Source: Tubiluchus corallicola
Lineage: Eukaryota; Animalia; Priapulida
NCBI GenBank assembly: GCA_030141605.1
Contig: JAQGDQ010000215.1
Location: forward strand, 310,001-374,000
Direction: 5' to 3'
Length of the DNA stretch: 64,000 nt
In this document: positions 50,056 to 64,000 of the stretch, in pieces
How positions within the stretch are numbered: the stretch's first letter is position 1
Layout: the number at the start of each line of letters is the position of its first letter
The notes under the pieces: generated by a model
What the model was told of the DNA's origin: nothing
Seen by the model: the letters and a program-made list of their open reading frames with translations, nothing else
Databases searched by the model: none
Made by a program: the position numbers and the translations under genes

Positions 50056-50666
50056 AAGTTTTAATTTGAAACTTAGAACATTTTAATTGCAACGTAAGAA
50101 AACGAATCTAAAGTTTGAAGCACTCTACACAGTTCACCTGAAATTATGCAATTGTTAAGGTGGGGAAAAGGAGAGCATGACACGATATATCAGGAAATTT
50201 TACAATGTAATTATGTGGTGCATCGTGTGGTGCACTTTGATTATAGTTAAACTAATTTTAAATGAAGATGAGAGCACTCACTAATTATCTTTTATCGGGT
50301 TACTTGTTAAATTTTATCAAGAACTCCTTACATTGTCATCTCAAACTTTGCCTCTGTTCACCCATTCCATTTAGTAAAGGGTATTAGAAATGTATTCATG
50401 TTGAAAATTGAAATGTTTGTTGTTGTTGTTTGTTTGTTATTAATGGTTGGTAAACAATGTGTTTACAGGTGCGATTGAGTAAGAAATTTCATTTTGTGGA
50501 CTTTTTGATTCTTATAGCAAAATCTGTTTCTTCACTACTTGGATCATTGTACTGCATCAGCAAAAGGCTTATTATCAAAAGTTTTTTCGACCTTTAGTTC
50601 CAATGGGTCATTAGCACGTGCAGTTGTGCATTTGCAAGCCCATGCTATATAATTGAACTAGCTTAA

Positions 50667-51217
50667 AGGAAGAGCGGATGATTGTTTAGACTCCATGTCA
50701 TTTTAATTTACTGTCCAAAATATACATTTTCTTGCCTATAAAAGTTAGCAATTGTTTCTTATATTTGAATAATTAGCTTAGAAAGTTAATTGACGGCAAT
50801 CGAACACAGCTATTGCTTACGTCAGAAAAACTAACCACAGTTTGTGCAATGGCCGGCGTCTTCCCTTGCACTTCAAGCACATTTGCATAAGTGTTACAGT
50901 ACTGTGTAGACGCATGATGTCATGAAAAATGGGCTCTAAATCATATAACGTCTGAAACTAACATTGCAGTTCATGATCATGGTTATCACGGTGCTGCCTT
51001 CTATTTGTCGGCGCCGCGCACTCGACGAAAAGGCGCCGTTGCCAATCTTAGTAGATTCACAGAGCCGCGCGTAGCTTTGAAAGTATAACGAAATTTGAGT
51101 ATCCGAAGTAATTATTATTTAATCTAAGCTTTGATTTAAAATAAGCTATTGTAGTTTTCAATATTTTAGAGCATTCTTTATTCTGAACTCGTGTTTACAC
51201 ATTCGTCCGGTTTTCCT
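50667..51217. mobile_element. Kolobok-like MITE family B, copy 1
   Basis: TTAA|AGGAAGAGCGGATGATTGTTTAGAC...GTTTACACATTCGTCCGGTTTTCCT|TTAA (19/25 TIR). A TTAA TSD with AG termini fits Kolobok rather than piggyBac. Confidence 0.8.
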
Positions 51218-51282
51218 TTAACTGTAAGTTAAACCATTACTGCAGCATGCTTTTTCAAATCCTTGTGCTAGCATTACTTGTA

Positions 51283-51480
51283 ATGTCAAACCTCTTTATA
51301 CCACCTACTTTAGGGCTGCAAAAAAGTTCGCATTTTAACGCGTTTGGCATTATAACGAGGTTCGTTAATAAATATGTATGTTTATGCAAAATGCAAATAT
51401 AGATATTTTGTTTTGCTAAAAATTTGGGCATTAAGCAAGGTTTGCATTGTAAATGGGGCTGTTATAACGAAGTTTGACTG
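51283..51480. mobile_element. Short pogo/Tigger-like MITE
   Basis: TA|ATGTCAAACCTCTTTATA...GTTATAACGAAGTTTGACTG|TA. Confidence 0.6.
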
Positions 51481-52059
51481 TATTACCTGTAGTTTCGATC
51501 ATCACGCAAAAACAGGTTGTCTAACACTGCAGGTAAAATTAGTTGTGCATTCTGTGGTTCTATAGTTGAATCATTTTACTTATGAATGTTTGCCGCCTGT
51601 GTTTTTCAAAATGCAGATTTTCAACCAGCATTAGATAAGATTCCAAAAAGTTTTTCATCACGAGAGTAATTCTTGTTTTAGATTTGGATTGTGTTGTACA
51701 ATTTCATTTTCGTAAGTTACATACTGTTGTTACATGTATGATTTTATAGTATATTGTAAACTCGTGGTTTATGAATGTTAATAAAATTTTAATCATGGCA
51801 GTTTACTAAAATCTTTTTGTACCACCAGCATATGACGTCGTCTTGCTAGAATTACACCTAAGCTGAAATAGTAATAATCAAGTGACCTTGTTGCTTTACA
51901 ATTAAAAAGTCATACCTTACACAGTCACTATAAAATTAATCGTGAAGTCACAAAATTATACTAATGAACTAAAAAGAAAACAAGTAGTTCGTAGACTCTG
52001 CACATTCTTATTCGGGGGTGTTGTGTAAATGCTCTAAATAAGCTAACTGCGCTAGTGAT

Positions 52060-52090
52060 TAGTGACTCAGTGAGTTTGCGGAAGTTACTT
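52060..52090 (+). promoter_or_regulatory. Candidate RPS19BP1 promoter motifs
   Basis: AP-1-like TGACTCA and ETS-like CGGAAGT about 100 nt upstream of the ATG. Motif match only. Confidence 0.3.
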
Positions 52091-52181
52091 TTTCAGAGCA
52101 TTATTGGATTCTTAGAGGATGAGGGCGAACTAGCTTTTTAGCGGTGCGTCAAGCGAGAGGTCGTGCAATATTCGCAGCAAG

Positions 52182-55100
52182 ATGTCAGCTTCTTTGGTTC
52201 GTAAAGGATTGGACCTATTTAGTGATGACTTTGTTTCTACCAGTTCTGGTAATTCTAACTCTTATTGAAAAGCTATGTTATGATTACGTCCTTAAGTGTA
52301 CACCAGTTGTTTTGTTATGTTTCATTTTCTGATTTTTTTTCTGGCAAATATATCTTGTCTAGCAATCCTAAAACTCTTGATTGATAAAATATGTTTAGCA
52401 TTTATGACCAACGACTTCAGGCAGTTTTTTCTTTTATAAAACGTGACTTGGATATCGTTGGCACGTATTGTGAGATTAGTATTTTGATATGTATCGTATC
52501 ACATGATCTAGGTGCATCGCTACTACTAGCTTGGGTTTAACCCATCATTTAACCCATTGGCTTATTAAATTTAAATTACTTTTGACCAATAATTTTATTG
52601 AGCATAGCCTTGAAAAGCTTTGAATTTGTGGTTGTTCGAGGCATGCAAAAGCATGAAGATGACGTTACAGGTTGCTAAACATTGCTATTTTAAGCTTTTA
52701 AATATCAACGCAGCGAGTTGATATTTGCATGACTTTCTTATAGGTATGAAATTTTAGTAACAGTGACAGTTTTAGTAAGGTAGGCATGCTGGTTGTGTTG
52801 ATTACTGCAATTTACTTTTGCAAGCAGCAGTGCTATATTATTAAAGTAAGTTGCTTATGAAATCTAAACAGCCTCAAACTCAGTTAAGGCCATATTTCCA
52901 TACACCCCATTAACACTGCACACAACTACACCATGCTGCAGTGTGTGTAATACAAACATGACTGAAAAAAAAGAAATATGTTTGCAATTGGATAAGCCTA
53001 CAATTGTATTTGGGGCATTGTAGATGAAAGTATTCTTTAAGCTATGTAAGGCAGATATGATCTGATATTTATGCTACTTTTTGTAATGGCACGACACTGC
53101 CAAATTTTTGTATATAACAAAAATGTTTTCTTTTGGTGTTGAATTTGTGGGTCTGCAGATTGTTCATCAAGTTTATAGTTTGCCCAGTCGATCAAGATTT
53201 GAAACACATGGCATTCAACAGCTAGTCAAGTCTAAAAAATCTGTATTCGAAGAAGTTGATGGGAACTGCGTGTTTAGGAACTGTTCAGTGAAAGTTGCAT
53301 GAAGTAATGTCAAGTGCTCATTTGTAATAAACTGGCAAATCATAAATTTAATTTTCTTTCAGAGCATCCCAGTACAAAGGGAAAGAAAAAATTAAAAAGC
53401 AAGAAGAAACAAATTTCTCAACAAGAGAGGAAAATGAAGTTTGCACTGGGTATGTGTGAATAGTGTAGTTCTACAGTTTGAGAAGTATAGAAACCTACCA
53501 ATCTACATTTATATAAGTACATTTTTTGATACTCACTAATTACAACAAGCTGTTATACTATTCAGTGTCTTTGTCTTTATTCAATAACTTTTGTAGTCAG
53601 TTACCGAGTAGCATGCAAAGTATTCTTGTGATGTGACTTTTATTCGCAGAATTACCTTATTGTCTCTATTTTTGTTGATATAATTTACTGACTTTAATTC
53701 CATACATTTTGTAACCTATTGAGAGAGACAAATAAAAAATTTGAAGTTGAATTTGAATACCCTTCTCTGCAACAGGCTTATGCTGCAGGTTGACATTTTT
53801 TCTTTTACAGATGAATATTTGAAGCATAGGTCTCCAGATTACACGGAAGAAAATTTGAAATACATCAAGCGAATTTCAAAGAAAAAGATAAAGTCAGCGA
53901 AAATAAATAAGGTACATTTTCACTTGATTGATTTTGTTTTCTGTGGCTTGATTCCAAAATTATGACTAACAAACAATCGCAGAACAGTTGTTTATAAATC
54001 ATTTTTCCTCTGGGTCTCTTATCTGCGGAATTCCCAGTCAGAAAATCATTTCACGGACAACTACAACCTCATTCACTTCAGGAAGTACGTTAACAGATAC
54101 TTGGGGGTTCTTAAAGTTAGCAAATTAATTGTGTCAATTCTGTATTTCTGGACCTGTATTTGTATTTCTACTGTAGCAACTGACCCTGAGTGGCCACTGG
54201 CATTGTTTTGAGTGAGTTTTATAAAAAAATAACTGCAGCTCAGCAAAGCAAGTTAAAAAGCTTAAATATTTTTCACACTGGAAATGCAGCACTTATCATT
54301 TGTATTTGAGGCAGCTGCGTGTGAGTTCGTTTGATTATCTTTCAATTTACAACTGAAAATTAACAAATAATCAGTTTCTCCAAGTGTTTGCTAATCTCCG
54401 TTTTGAGTAAACTGAATTTTTCAATGCAAGTTCAAGTTGATAATTTAAAAAAAAGTCAGCACAGATCATAAACTTCAAATTTATATGGATCAAATTATTC
54501 TTAAAGGATTGATTAGACTCACTCTCATTTTAATTTACTGTCTAAAATATACATTTTCTTGTCTATAAAAGTTAGAAGTTGTTTCTTATATTTGAGTAAT
54601 TAGGTTGGAAAGTTAATTAACGGCAACCAAACACAGCTATCACTTACATCACAAACTAAACACAGTTTGTGCAACGGTAGGCATCTTCCCGGTGCGTCAA
54701 GCACATTTGCGTAAGCAAAGATTGCTATAAGACCCTGATGTAATGTCACAAAAATGAATTCTACATCACACTGACATCACAGACGAACACTTGCAATTCA
54801 CGTTCGTGCTTATCATGGTACCGCTCCTATTTGTATGCCACACAAATGTGGCAAAAAGCTGCCATTATCAGTCTTAGTGGATTCTCTGAGCCGAGCGTAA
54901 CTTTGAAAGTTAAACAAATTTAACTGCCCGAGATAATAATTATTTAATCCAAGCTTTGATTTGAAATAGGTGTTGTAGTTTCCAATATTTTAGAGCATAC
55001 TTTATTTTTGAACTAATGTTTACACATTCGTCCGGTTTTCCTTTAAGTGTGATAGTTTATCAGCACAAAAACTCTTAATAGTTTCTTGAAGAGTATGTTA

Positions 55101-55815
55101 CTTGTGGTGCATACACGTGGATTCACTTTTGCCGGTTCCAGATCAAATCCAGATCTGTATGTGCCAAGTGGGTAATTTCAGACTTTGATGTTCTGTAATT
55201 TTTAACACTTGATCCTCACTTGATTTAAGCCAAAAAAAACGCCAAAGTTTGCTTTCGGAAGTAGATAAGTCTAAATTTTTAACAGACATTTTTGCAGCAA
55301 TAGTGGTATCCTTTGCGCTGTTTGCTTGAAGGAACCACAACGTGAAGATTACTGGTATCGTTTGCACTGGAAGCTTGGCGCCATAAAAACTACGCTATAC
55401 TTTTGTAAATTTCTGAAGATTTTAATAGAAATCTTTCAAATGCTTTAAAAAATTAGGACTATTCAGGTAATCAAACTGTTGTTCTTTTTCTTAGCCACTC
55501 TAATTTTTCTTACAATCGGTGCGCAATTGGTAGTTTTACACATAGAAAAAATATGAATACATACAGTGCAAAATTCAAGAAAATTTTTTGTCTGATTGTA
55601 TTCGGATCCGGTATATCCCTAAAAAATACTCTTGATTGTAGGCTCTGTTTATAAAACGTCTTTCCTGTTTGCTTTTTCAGATAATGGAACATCACAATAA
55701 AAACAATTTAAAGCTGGACGACCAAAGGTCAGAGGAGAAAAAGCAACAGCAACAAACAACAGTGTTCGCTGAAGAAGATTTTCAAAAATTTTCTGTGGAG
55801 TACATGACGAGCTGA
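52182..55815 (+). CDS. RPS19BP1: Active regulator of SIRT1 / 40S ribosomal protein S19-binding protein 1 (AROS), 129 aa, 4 exons
   Basis: join(52182..52248,53363..53449,53811..53911,55681..55815), 390 nt, GT-AG. MSASLVRKGLDLF (human MSAALLRRGLELL), ALDEYLK..DYTEENLKY, C-terminal TVFAEEDFQKFSVEY (human TVFTEEDFQKFQQEY). Confidence 0.92.
54505..55042. mobile_element. Kolobok-like MITE family B, copy 2 (RPS19BP1 intron 3)
   Basis: TTAA|AGGA...CATTCGTCCGGTTTTCCT|TTAA, colinear with 50667-51217. Confidence 0.8.
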
Positions 55816-56689
55816 TGTTTTGTAGATGAATCCATTCCTTTTTTACTGTACTTTTGTCTTTTTCAGTTTCAAATGGAGTCAAATCGTAATTGTAATACTA
55901 ATTGTAATACCTAAATGATAACATTGATTTCCTAAAGATATGAATCATACAGTTTCAGCTGATTTATCAAGTTACCTTAGCAGAGTGTTTCACACAGAGT
56001 AGTTTATGCATGGATGTTGTGTGCTCATTGCTCATTTTGCTTGGATGCTGCTGTGCATTATCATGTAATGATATGATATCATATCAAGTCTTTAGGGGGT
56101 AAGCATGTCACTACAAACGCTGGCTAACACTTCATAATGCGTTAAAAACATGGAAATCGACTTCTGGCTTTTAGCAGATTTCTCACTAGTCTATACAGTT
56201 TGATTAAGTGTCATGTCAATTAGGCTAAATTACAATTTGTTTTCATTTAACTGTGCATCATTATTACCCCACGTTACCCACCATTACCAATATTAAAGTG
56301 CATCGGCCCGATATCCGATCTGTTCCGATATGGAAGTTCGTTTGCCGATTGCAGACTATTTATCAGATCAGCACTCCCCTGGGTGTCCACAAAACAGACG
56401 AGGTAATACAATAATATTTGACCTTGTGTGTGTCTGTAATATATGCTTATAACATGTATGTGTTTATGTATGTATATGTGTGCGTACCCATAAACATGTG
56501 CTTATAGCATATGCGGATATGTTTACGTACCAAATAAATTTGTATATAAAAGTTATTTTGTTTAAAAAAACCTTTGTTGTGAAACATTTATTTGTTGTGA
56601 ATGCATTAGAATGTAATTAAACTAGAAGAAGTAGACACAGGCTTATCTGTAAACGTGCAGTCCAAATGCGCTCGCAAGAGAGAGTTTTG

Positions 56690-57475
56690 CTGGTTACGTA
56701 TGCAACACATTTGTTGAATCTGTGGTTTGGATGTGTTTACGTAGCTCACAGAGACACTGGTTACGTATGCAACACATTTGTTGAATCTGCGGTTTGGATG
56801 TGTTTACGTAGCTCACAGAGACACTGGTTACGTATGCAACACATCTGTTGAATCTGTAGTTTGGATGTGTTTACGTAGCTCACAGACACTGGTTACGTAT
56901 GCAACACATTTGTTGAATCTGCGGTTTGGATGTGTTTACGTAGTTCACAGAGACACTGGTTACGTATGCAACACATTTGTTGAATCTGTAGTTTGGATGT
57001 GTTTACGTAGCTCACAGACACTGGTTACGTATGCAACACATTTGTTGAATCTGTAGTTTGGATGTGTTTACGTAGCTCACAGACACTGGTTACGTATGCA
57101 ACACATTTGTTGAATCTGCGGTTTGGATGTGTTTACATAGCTCCCAGACACTGGTTATGTATGCAACACATCTGTTGAATCTGTAGTTTGGATGTGTTTA
57201 CGTAGCTCACAGACACTGGTTACGTATGCAACACATCTGTTGAATCTGTAGTTTGGATGTGTTTACGTAGCTCACAGACACTGGTTATGTATGCAACACA
57301 TCTGTTGAATCTGTAGTTTGGATGTGTTTACGTAGCTCACAGACACTGGTTACGTGTGCAACACATTTGTTGAATCTGCGGTTTGGATGTGTTTACATAG
57401 CTCCCAGACACTGGTTACGTATGCAACACATTTGTTGAATCTGTAGTTTGGATGTGTTTACGCAGCTCCCAGACA
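56690..57475. repeat. 65-67-bp minisatellite, about 12 copies
   Basis: Unit CTGGTTACGTATGCAACACATTTGTTGAATCTGTAGTTTGGATGTGTTTACGTAGCTCACAGA(GA)CA. Confidence 0.95.
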
Positions 57476-60400
57476 ATGTGCACCAATCGTATGCAGGTTA
57501 ATGCTTAATTAATAGTAATTTTTGTACAGTTGAGTACTTTGCTAGCTGTAATCTTAACACTTGTATGACTTAACACTAGGTTTACTTGATGTAGATACTG
57601 TGCCATTTATACACTTTGCCCATAGTAATTCTTACCAGAACACTTCACCAGTGCCTTTGTTTTTGTCTTTGCAGACATCAGCTCACAATGTTTATCGGAA
57701 AACTCTTTGCCAATGTGCATTTCACCAGTGCACACTTTGCCGTTGTACATTTTGTAAGCGTACACTTTGCTAGTGTACATTTTGCCACAGAGCTCTTTGT
57801 CATTGTAGGTATTGCCAGTGAGAACTTTGTAAGTGAAGTGTAGTGAAACAGGCACTGTAATTACACTGCTTTTAATAACAAATAATTTACTCTGATGTGA
57901 AGGTGTAAATATTTCATTTTTAGTGATTTGCAGCGACTACAAACAGTAGAAGACAATTCATTGCAAAATTAAAGATATGGCCATGACTGAGAACTAGCAT
58001 ATATAGACTATATTGAAATTAATTAATGATAACTGATGTTGTTAGAGTCTTTGTCAGTTATTAGACAGGATGAAATCCCCAAAGAAAATTATAACAACAA
58101 TGTCATGAGCAATGAATCTACAACATCATAATTGCAGGAGAAAACCGAACTACGGAGGTGGCGTGATTCAAGGACCGAAAAAGTCACAAAACTATTATAG
58201 CTCACGAAAGAGCAAGATACTAATGTATTGAAATTTTAAAAGCGACTATAGTAATAAACTAAATCAGTAAATAGGTGGCAGCACTGTGTTGGTATTTGAA
58301 AAATAAACAAAAACCCTAAAGGGTTATGCACGCACTACATCTTAAATTACGATAGGAACCGTAGAAATTGTTCTCTTCTGATGTGCATGCACTAGATTCA
58401 TTTACTACATTCATAATTTGCAGAAATGCGTAGGAATAACTTATTATTTCGAGTATCGCTTCACAGATGGCAGCAGTAGGCTTATAAAGCTGTTAAAATG
58501 GGTTTCATAGAAACAAGGCGAAGAGTTTTTTGTTTGACGGATTATAACAACAAAACGACCTTCCAGCACTGTACTTTTAACTGAAAAAAACGGATTAAAG
58601 TTATAACGGTGAAAATGAAATATTCCAAAATCTTGTGAGTTCAAACTAACTTACTGTGGCTGGTTTCAGACCACCTGTAGCTTCAGTAAAACTGAAATTG
58701 TGGTAGATGTTTCCGTGTAAGAGCATCACGAAATGTTGGAAATGCGCTGACATGTAACGTGGAACACCGACATTGGATTTACAGATGCCTCACAAGGACT
58801 TGCTCACAATGCTTCGGCGCCCTCTCATCGTTGCACTTTTGTATTAGACATAGACATAGACATTTTTATTTATCTCCTCATTTACACCATAGTATACAAA
58901 TTCACTATTATTTTTATAGTTATTGATTAAAAAGGATAAATTAAACATAAAGGAAAGAGTTAGGGGGTTGTAGGAGAAAGGGTAGCGAAAGACCAATTGG
59001 TCATCGAGTCAGCTACCCTTCTCAGGTTAGTGTAAATTTTAAAAAATTTTGTAGTGCTGCTGTTAACATGAATTTATGGCGGAATACATTAAACATGAAA
59101 GCGAAATAACTAAATAAACTATGCAACAAAGAAATAAAATGAAAAATATGGAATGATGATTAACAAAATGTAGAGCATTTAACTAATCGATTAAAACATA
59201 AAAACTAGAAACAAGTCAAACCAAAAAAACATAAATAATAAATCAGTGAATGAAACAAAATATGCATGATAAACTCAAACAAAATATAATGAAACAAAGA
59301 TATGCAACCGTATCAAATTATATTAAGCCTAATGATAAAATACTATGGAATGCAAGAGCTAGTGCAGAAAAGTGGGGCAAACAAAATATATACTGAAATT
59401 TGAGTATGGCTCAAAAAATATAATAAAACTTAATGATAACTGTGAAACAATGAGCAAAATAATCATAATAAAGTCGATATATATGATCATCATTAACATG
59501 ATTAGTTGTTCCAGTTGGTATAGTTTTTTGTTAGATAAATTTAAGCGCAATGTTTTTTTATTTATATCCTATTCATTTGACTATGTGGAACAAGCAAAAC
59601 TGTAATAATTGTGTAATGCGTGTAAACATGTCACTAGTATCGGTGGACAATTTATGCGTTGCTAGTATTTTCTGATATTATGTATTTATGATCATTAGAT
59701 TGACGAATGCACGGCAATATGTTATTGCATTTATTGTAAAGTCATTGTATAAGTTACTAGTTGCAGGAATGCTGCCTTCAGTTTAAAATAAAAAAGCCTT
59801 GTTGTTTTTAGTCTTTCTCGGTGAAGCTCATTGTGTCAATTTGGTCAATTGATTATGCCATCTGTGTAAATGATTAGATTCTTAACCTTTAATAATTGAT
59901 TAATTAATTATGCGTACTTTTGTTATTTTGTAACTAGCCAGTTGGCTTCTTAGTGGGTTTGTTGTACTTGCTTATTAATAATAGTTCATTTATTTTGCGT
60001 AACCTAGTTGGCTTGCAAGTTTGCTGTGTTTGTAAGGTTCAAAATATGGAAAATAGTTCTGTAATGTTTAATCTAAATTGACTCGAACATGTCTGTCCTG
60101 TACATGCTAACATGCTCTGTAGCGTTTAGTAAAGTGCTTATCCTTCCCTTGTGTGTATGCTTAAAGAAGCATGCAATCCTTGTCCGCTTCCTTTATTCCG
60201 TCCCTTGTTCACATAACGCTCCCGTTTTAAGTTGGTTGCTGGAAACTTTGTTTTGTGATGCTGATGCCTACTCCATTTAGTTACTGAATACTAGTGATAA
60301 CCTATGTGCTTTCAGTGAAAGTACTAATGTTCTTGTTTATGAAAATATGTTGGTTCCCCTCCTACTGCTTCCCCTATTTTTCCATAGTACTGTTCCCACA

Positions 60401-61285
60401 AAATTCTGTGTAGAGTCTGATTACAATGCCTTAGTTATTCTAATAATAATTATGCAGTTGACAATTATATTAATATCATTGCATCGAGAATTGTTACAGC
60501 CATTCTTGTACCTTGAGCACAATAAACATTCTCAGAACACAAACGTTTTGTTTTTTTGCTGCAGTTTTAGTGTTTTATTATTAATATTAAATAAATAAAT
60601 ATTAACACTATTTTTAACTCTGTAACAAGAAAAATAAAGTTACAATAAACTTATAATACAAGTATGAGCCAATGAGCGAACAGCAATCCATACAGTTTAA
60701 TCGCGAAAGGAAATCAATTGCTCTAATAAGTATTGCAATATTTTATGCTAGTACATTTAATAAAGCATAAAGCATAATATTCGCCTTGCTTTGCCTTGAA
60801 TGGAATGTTTGAAAACAGACAAAAAAATGACAATAAATGACTAATAAACTAGATTCAACAATTATCGATGAATAACAAGTATCTAGCAGCTTTTGTAAGA
60901 TTATAACCTGCTAGCATGGTTTCAGATCTGTGAATTGAAAACTATGAAATTAGTTTGTTACACATCTGAAAGACAAATAGGTGAAATGCATCAAATATAA
61001 CGAAATAAACATAGAACAAAATACTGAAAACACCTTTGGCTTGCATAACCCAAAATTAACACCATTGAATACACTTATATTTTATAGCACAATATTTTAT
61101 TGTATATTTTATATACTTGAAATAAGGCTTTTGGAGTATAATGTCCTCCTTTATCAAACATACTATTCACACTATTGTCCTACAGTTCATAAGTAACTAT
61201 GAATTTATCACTACAGCGTTAGCACAAGAAACTAGTTTACTTTTTATGCCGACGCAAAATTCTAAAACTATTGTTAAACAATAAT

Positions 61286-61651
61286 TAGGGGTGAGCATTC
61301 TCTACCAGAAAGCGAATTCGAATCGAACCGAATTTGTGACTTTCGAATTCGAATCGAATCGAACTTCAGTGTTTCGAATTCGAATTGAGATTGAACGATT
61401 TTCGAACAAGTTTTCGAACCACCAGTAAAAATTAATCTTACAAAGATCATGCGTATCACTAGATTTTGTTCTGCAATAAAACGACTAGTAATTTGTTTAA
61501 AATTGTGCACAGAAATTACTGCTAAATTATGCTAATTGCATGTTGCTTCAATCGTTTTAGTGATCAGGAACATATGTGATTGAAGTGCTGAATTATTCGA
61601 ATCTATAGTTTTGGATTCGAATCGAATTCGAACGTTCGATGCTCACCCCTA
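61286..61651. mobile_element. hAT MITE
   Basis: Perfect 13-bp TIR TAGGGGTGAGCAT / ATGCTCACCCCTA and perfect 8-bp TSD ACAATAAT. Subterminal GAATCGAATTCG repeats. Confidence 0.92.
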
Positions 61652-62728
61652 ACAATAATTAGAAAATTGCTATTGATAAACAATGTGCACGATAGAAGAA
61701 AAGTTATTGCTTGTATACTAACCGCAGACCGCCGTCGTCATTATAATGTGTTGAATAACAGAGTGCGAGGGAAATTTCTAAATGCGAAGTAAGAATGAAT
61801 GACATTGAAAATAACAATAAATTAGAGACTCTAAAATAAATTGCTGTAAAAATGAATACACAGACATTGTAAATAATAATAAATGGGTATAAAGTGACTG
61901 AATACTACAAACTAGCAAAAACTGTACGAGATAACGTAGAAGGTTACTCAGGATACAGGAGATAATCAAAAAGTATATATATTTATACATAACTTCTCAT
62001 TCTTCCAGCTTGTTCTTTATGTTTTGAAAATATTTGTAATTATAATATATTATATGATAAAAGTATGGATCATTATAATACATTATAATCACAGCAATTT
62101 TCAAATACAAGAGCAAAAACCTACAACTGGTAATACAACATTGCGTAATGTTTTGAGTGTGGAATACGTACTATAGGAATGTAAATAATTAAATAGCAAA
62201 AAATAAATAAAGTTTCACACACAAAAAGGCCAAAAATATGATCAAACATGAAGCAAAATGGCGTAGACAAAGAAATATTCACAAGAATACACAATCCATT
62301 ATCGTTTAATTAATGAATCATGTTAAAATCTTTGGCATTCTTAACTAGAAAAAAATGCACCGTCCCAGAGGTTAAGTTAAATAATAACTCCAACTCTACA
62401 CTCAAGTGTATAGACTAATTACACTTTTAACTCTTGTATATGTAGTCTTACGTAAAAACAAGAAACTGGTATAAGACAATTCGCAAACACACATAAATGC
62501 TATAAATGAAAATGAATCATACTACCAAACTATCTACTTTTCCACTTTGCATATGTATGCATTCAAATAACTCACAGAAGTAGAACAGACCGAGATCAAC
62601 TTTCTTTTGCAAAAATAATTAATGCAAATATAAAATTTAGTAGCATATAGTCTATATTCGCACTGTCTTTACATATAAAAATAAACAGATAGAGCAAGAA
62701 CACATAATATGCAAATATTTACTTTGCA

Positions 62729-63265
62729 AGAAAATTCGTGCTGAAAACTTAATTTAAATAGTTGTTTTACTTCACAGGCGCGTCATTCACATGTCAGTTT
62801 CGGTTAAATGGAAAGAAAAGGCAATTTTTAAGTATGTCTTAAAATACCTACTTTACAAAGTTATATTACTTAGCATTACGCTGACTTGTTCAAAAGACTT
62901 TGCAACCAGGAAAGAAAATTCATAGCAATTTAAAATGTTTGCGCCTACTTGTAAAATGTCGCTACCTCATCTTCTCAGTGTGCACTACTGAGTCACCGAG
63001 AAAATTTTTTTTTAATCTTATTGACAAGATACAGCAATTTATACCTTTTCTTAGTTATTGAAGAGTGCGCTATGTACACATTGATTATTTTTTCAAACTT
63101 TATGCAAAGTTATCTAAACTTATTTCAAACGAGTTATCGTTAAAACAGCGGCGCCTAATGGTCATCGCAGGAGTTTAAATTTCCATGTTTTATACAGCTT
63201 TACTGCTAATACAAGCTCTGTGCGCCATACGGCAGTATGTAGGTGATACATCAAGATGAATTCTT
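62729..63265. mobile_element. Dispersed non-autonomous element family C, copy 2
   Basis: Colinear with 29669-30179. Weak TIR AGAAAATTCGTGCTGA / TCAAGATGAATTCTT. Confidence 0.6.
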
Positions 63266-63492
63266 TAGCTTTATATAAATAAAGAGTTTTCCTGTGCCTT
63301 AAGGATTTTCAGTACACGAGTGAATAAAAACACCCAACGTAAAACAAGCGTGTTTTTAATATATATATTTTTAAACTCTTTTCGCTTCTTATTGAAAGAA
63401 ATGAAAAATGAGTGAAAGAAGAAGAATGAGTCACGGCACCGTCCCCATTGAGAAGCCAACACGAATCGTACGCCTTTCCTTGATAGCCTTTA

Positions 63493-64000
63493 GGCCCACT
63501 TCACAGAGCGTATGCAAGGAAATATAGTGCGCAGAATTGCTGTCACAAAATCAGAAGGTTTTTTTGATAATTTCCGATTTTTTTGGAAATGCCATGCAGC
63601 AAGACAGTTCATTTCACAATGAAATCGCGCGTGTACGGTTTGCTCCATAATCTTGTTTAAATTAAGTTACAATTGCCGTATTTCTTATATACAAAGTACA
63701 ATTAATAATGTCAATGCAATGTCAGACCTGTTTATTTTTTTAGTGAAGTTCTACTAAATCTGAAAAAGTACATATATAAAATAAATATATGCGTGCGTTA
63801 TTTTTCTTTTTCACAAATATAGCCATCAATGTTGCATTAATAAAGCGTAAAATCGTCAGTCTGTTAAAAGAGAGACTGAATCTTATAATTTTGCGCTGAA
63901 ATGTGTTAACTGTTGTTCATTAAATAAGAAAGAGGTAATTGAGTAGTTAAACTTAAAACTCAATTCCGCGAGGATTCCTCACGAAAACGGAACATCCAGT
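63493..64000 (-). mobile_element. PIF/Harbinger-like MITE, inverted homologue of 35953-36567, cut by the window end
   Basis: TTA|GGCCCACTTCACA start. AATTCCGCGAGGATTCCTCA is the reverse complement of TGAGGAATCCTCGCGGAATT at about 36056. Confidence 0.75.

Noticed and set aside
53159-53303. Extra RPS19BP1 exon
   Set aside because: AG/GT borders exist, but the four-exon model is already complete and in frame, and this segment shows no AROS similarity.
58848-59600. Minus-strand LINE 3' end with (CTATGT)n tail and hairpin
   Set aside because: Suggestive only. No coding remnant could be read to support it.

Overview
AT-rich, intron-containing animal (invertebrate-like) genomic DNA, not prokaryotic. 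Most long ORFs in the supplied track are tandem-repeat artefacts. Reading splice sites by hand gives five protein-coding genes: an intronless class A GPCR (9833-10792, +), a 6-exon HPGD/15-PGDH-like short-chain dehydrogenase (29286-22466, -), a 6-exon cytosolic sulfotransferase with a GC-AG intron (33283-39173, +), a 7-exon PNPO-like FMN oxidase (44514-50055, +) and RPS19BP1/AROS (52182-55815, +). Between and within them are many micro- and minisatellites, MITEs (hAT, pogo/Tigger, piggyBac, Harbinger and Kolobok-like), LINE and Penelope fragments, and SINEs. The strongest leads: (1) the PNPO homologue keeps its FMN residues but has lost three substrate-phosphate ligands (human K100, Y157, R161) and sits next to a divergent SDR and a sulfotransferase, suggesting a possible small-molecule tailoring cluster; (2) a 41-bp minisatellite made of repeated branch-point/acceptor units abuts the sulfotransferase start exon; (3) a 1.3-kb piece of sulfotransferase intron has been copied into a neighbouring TIR element. 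Family assignments come from recalled motifs; no database search was run.
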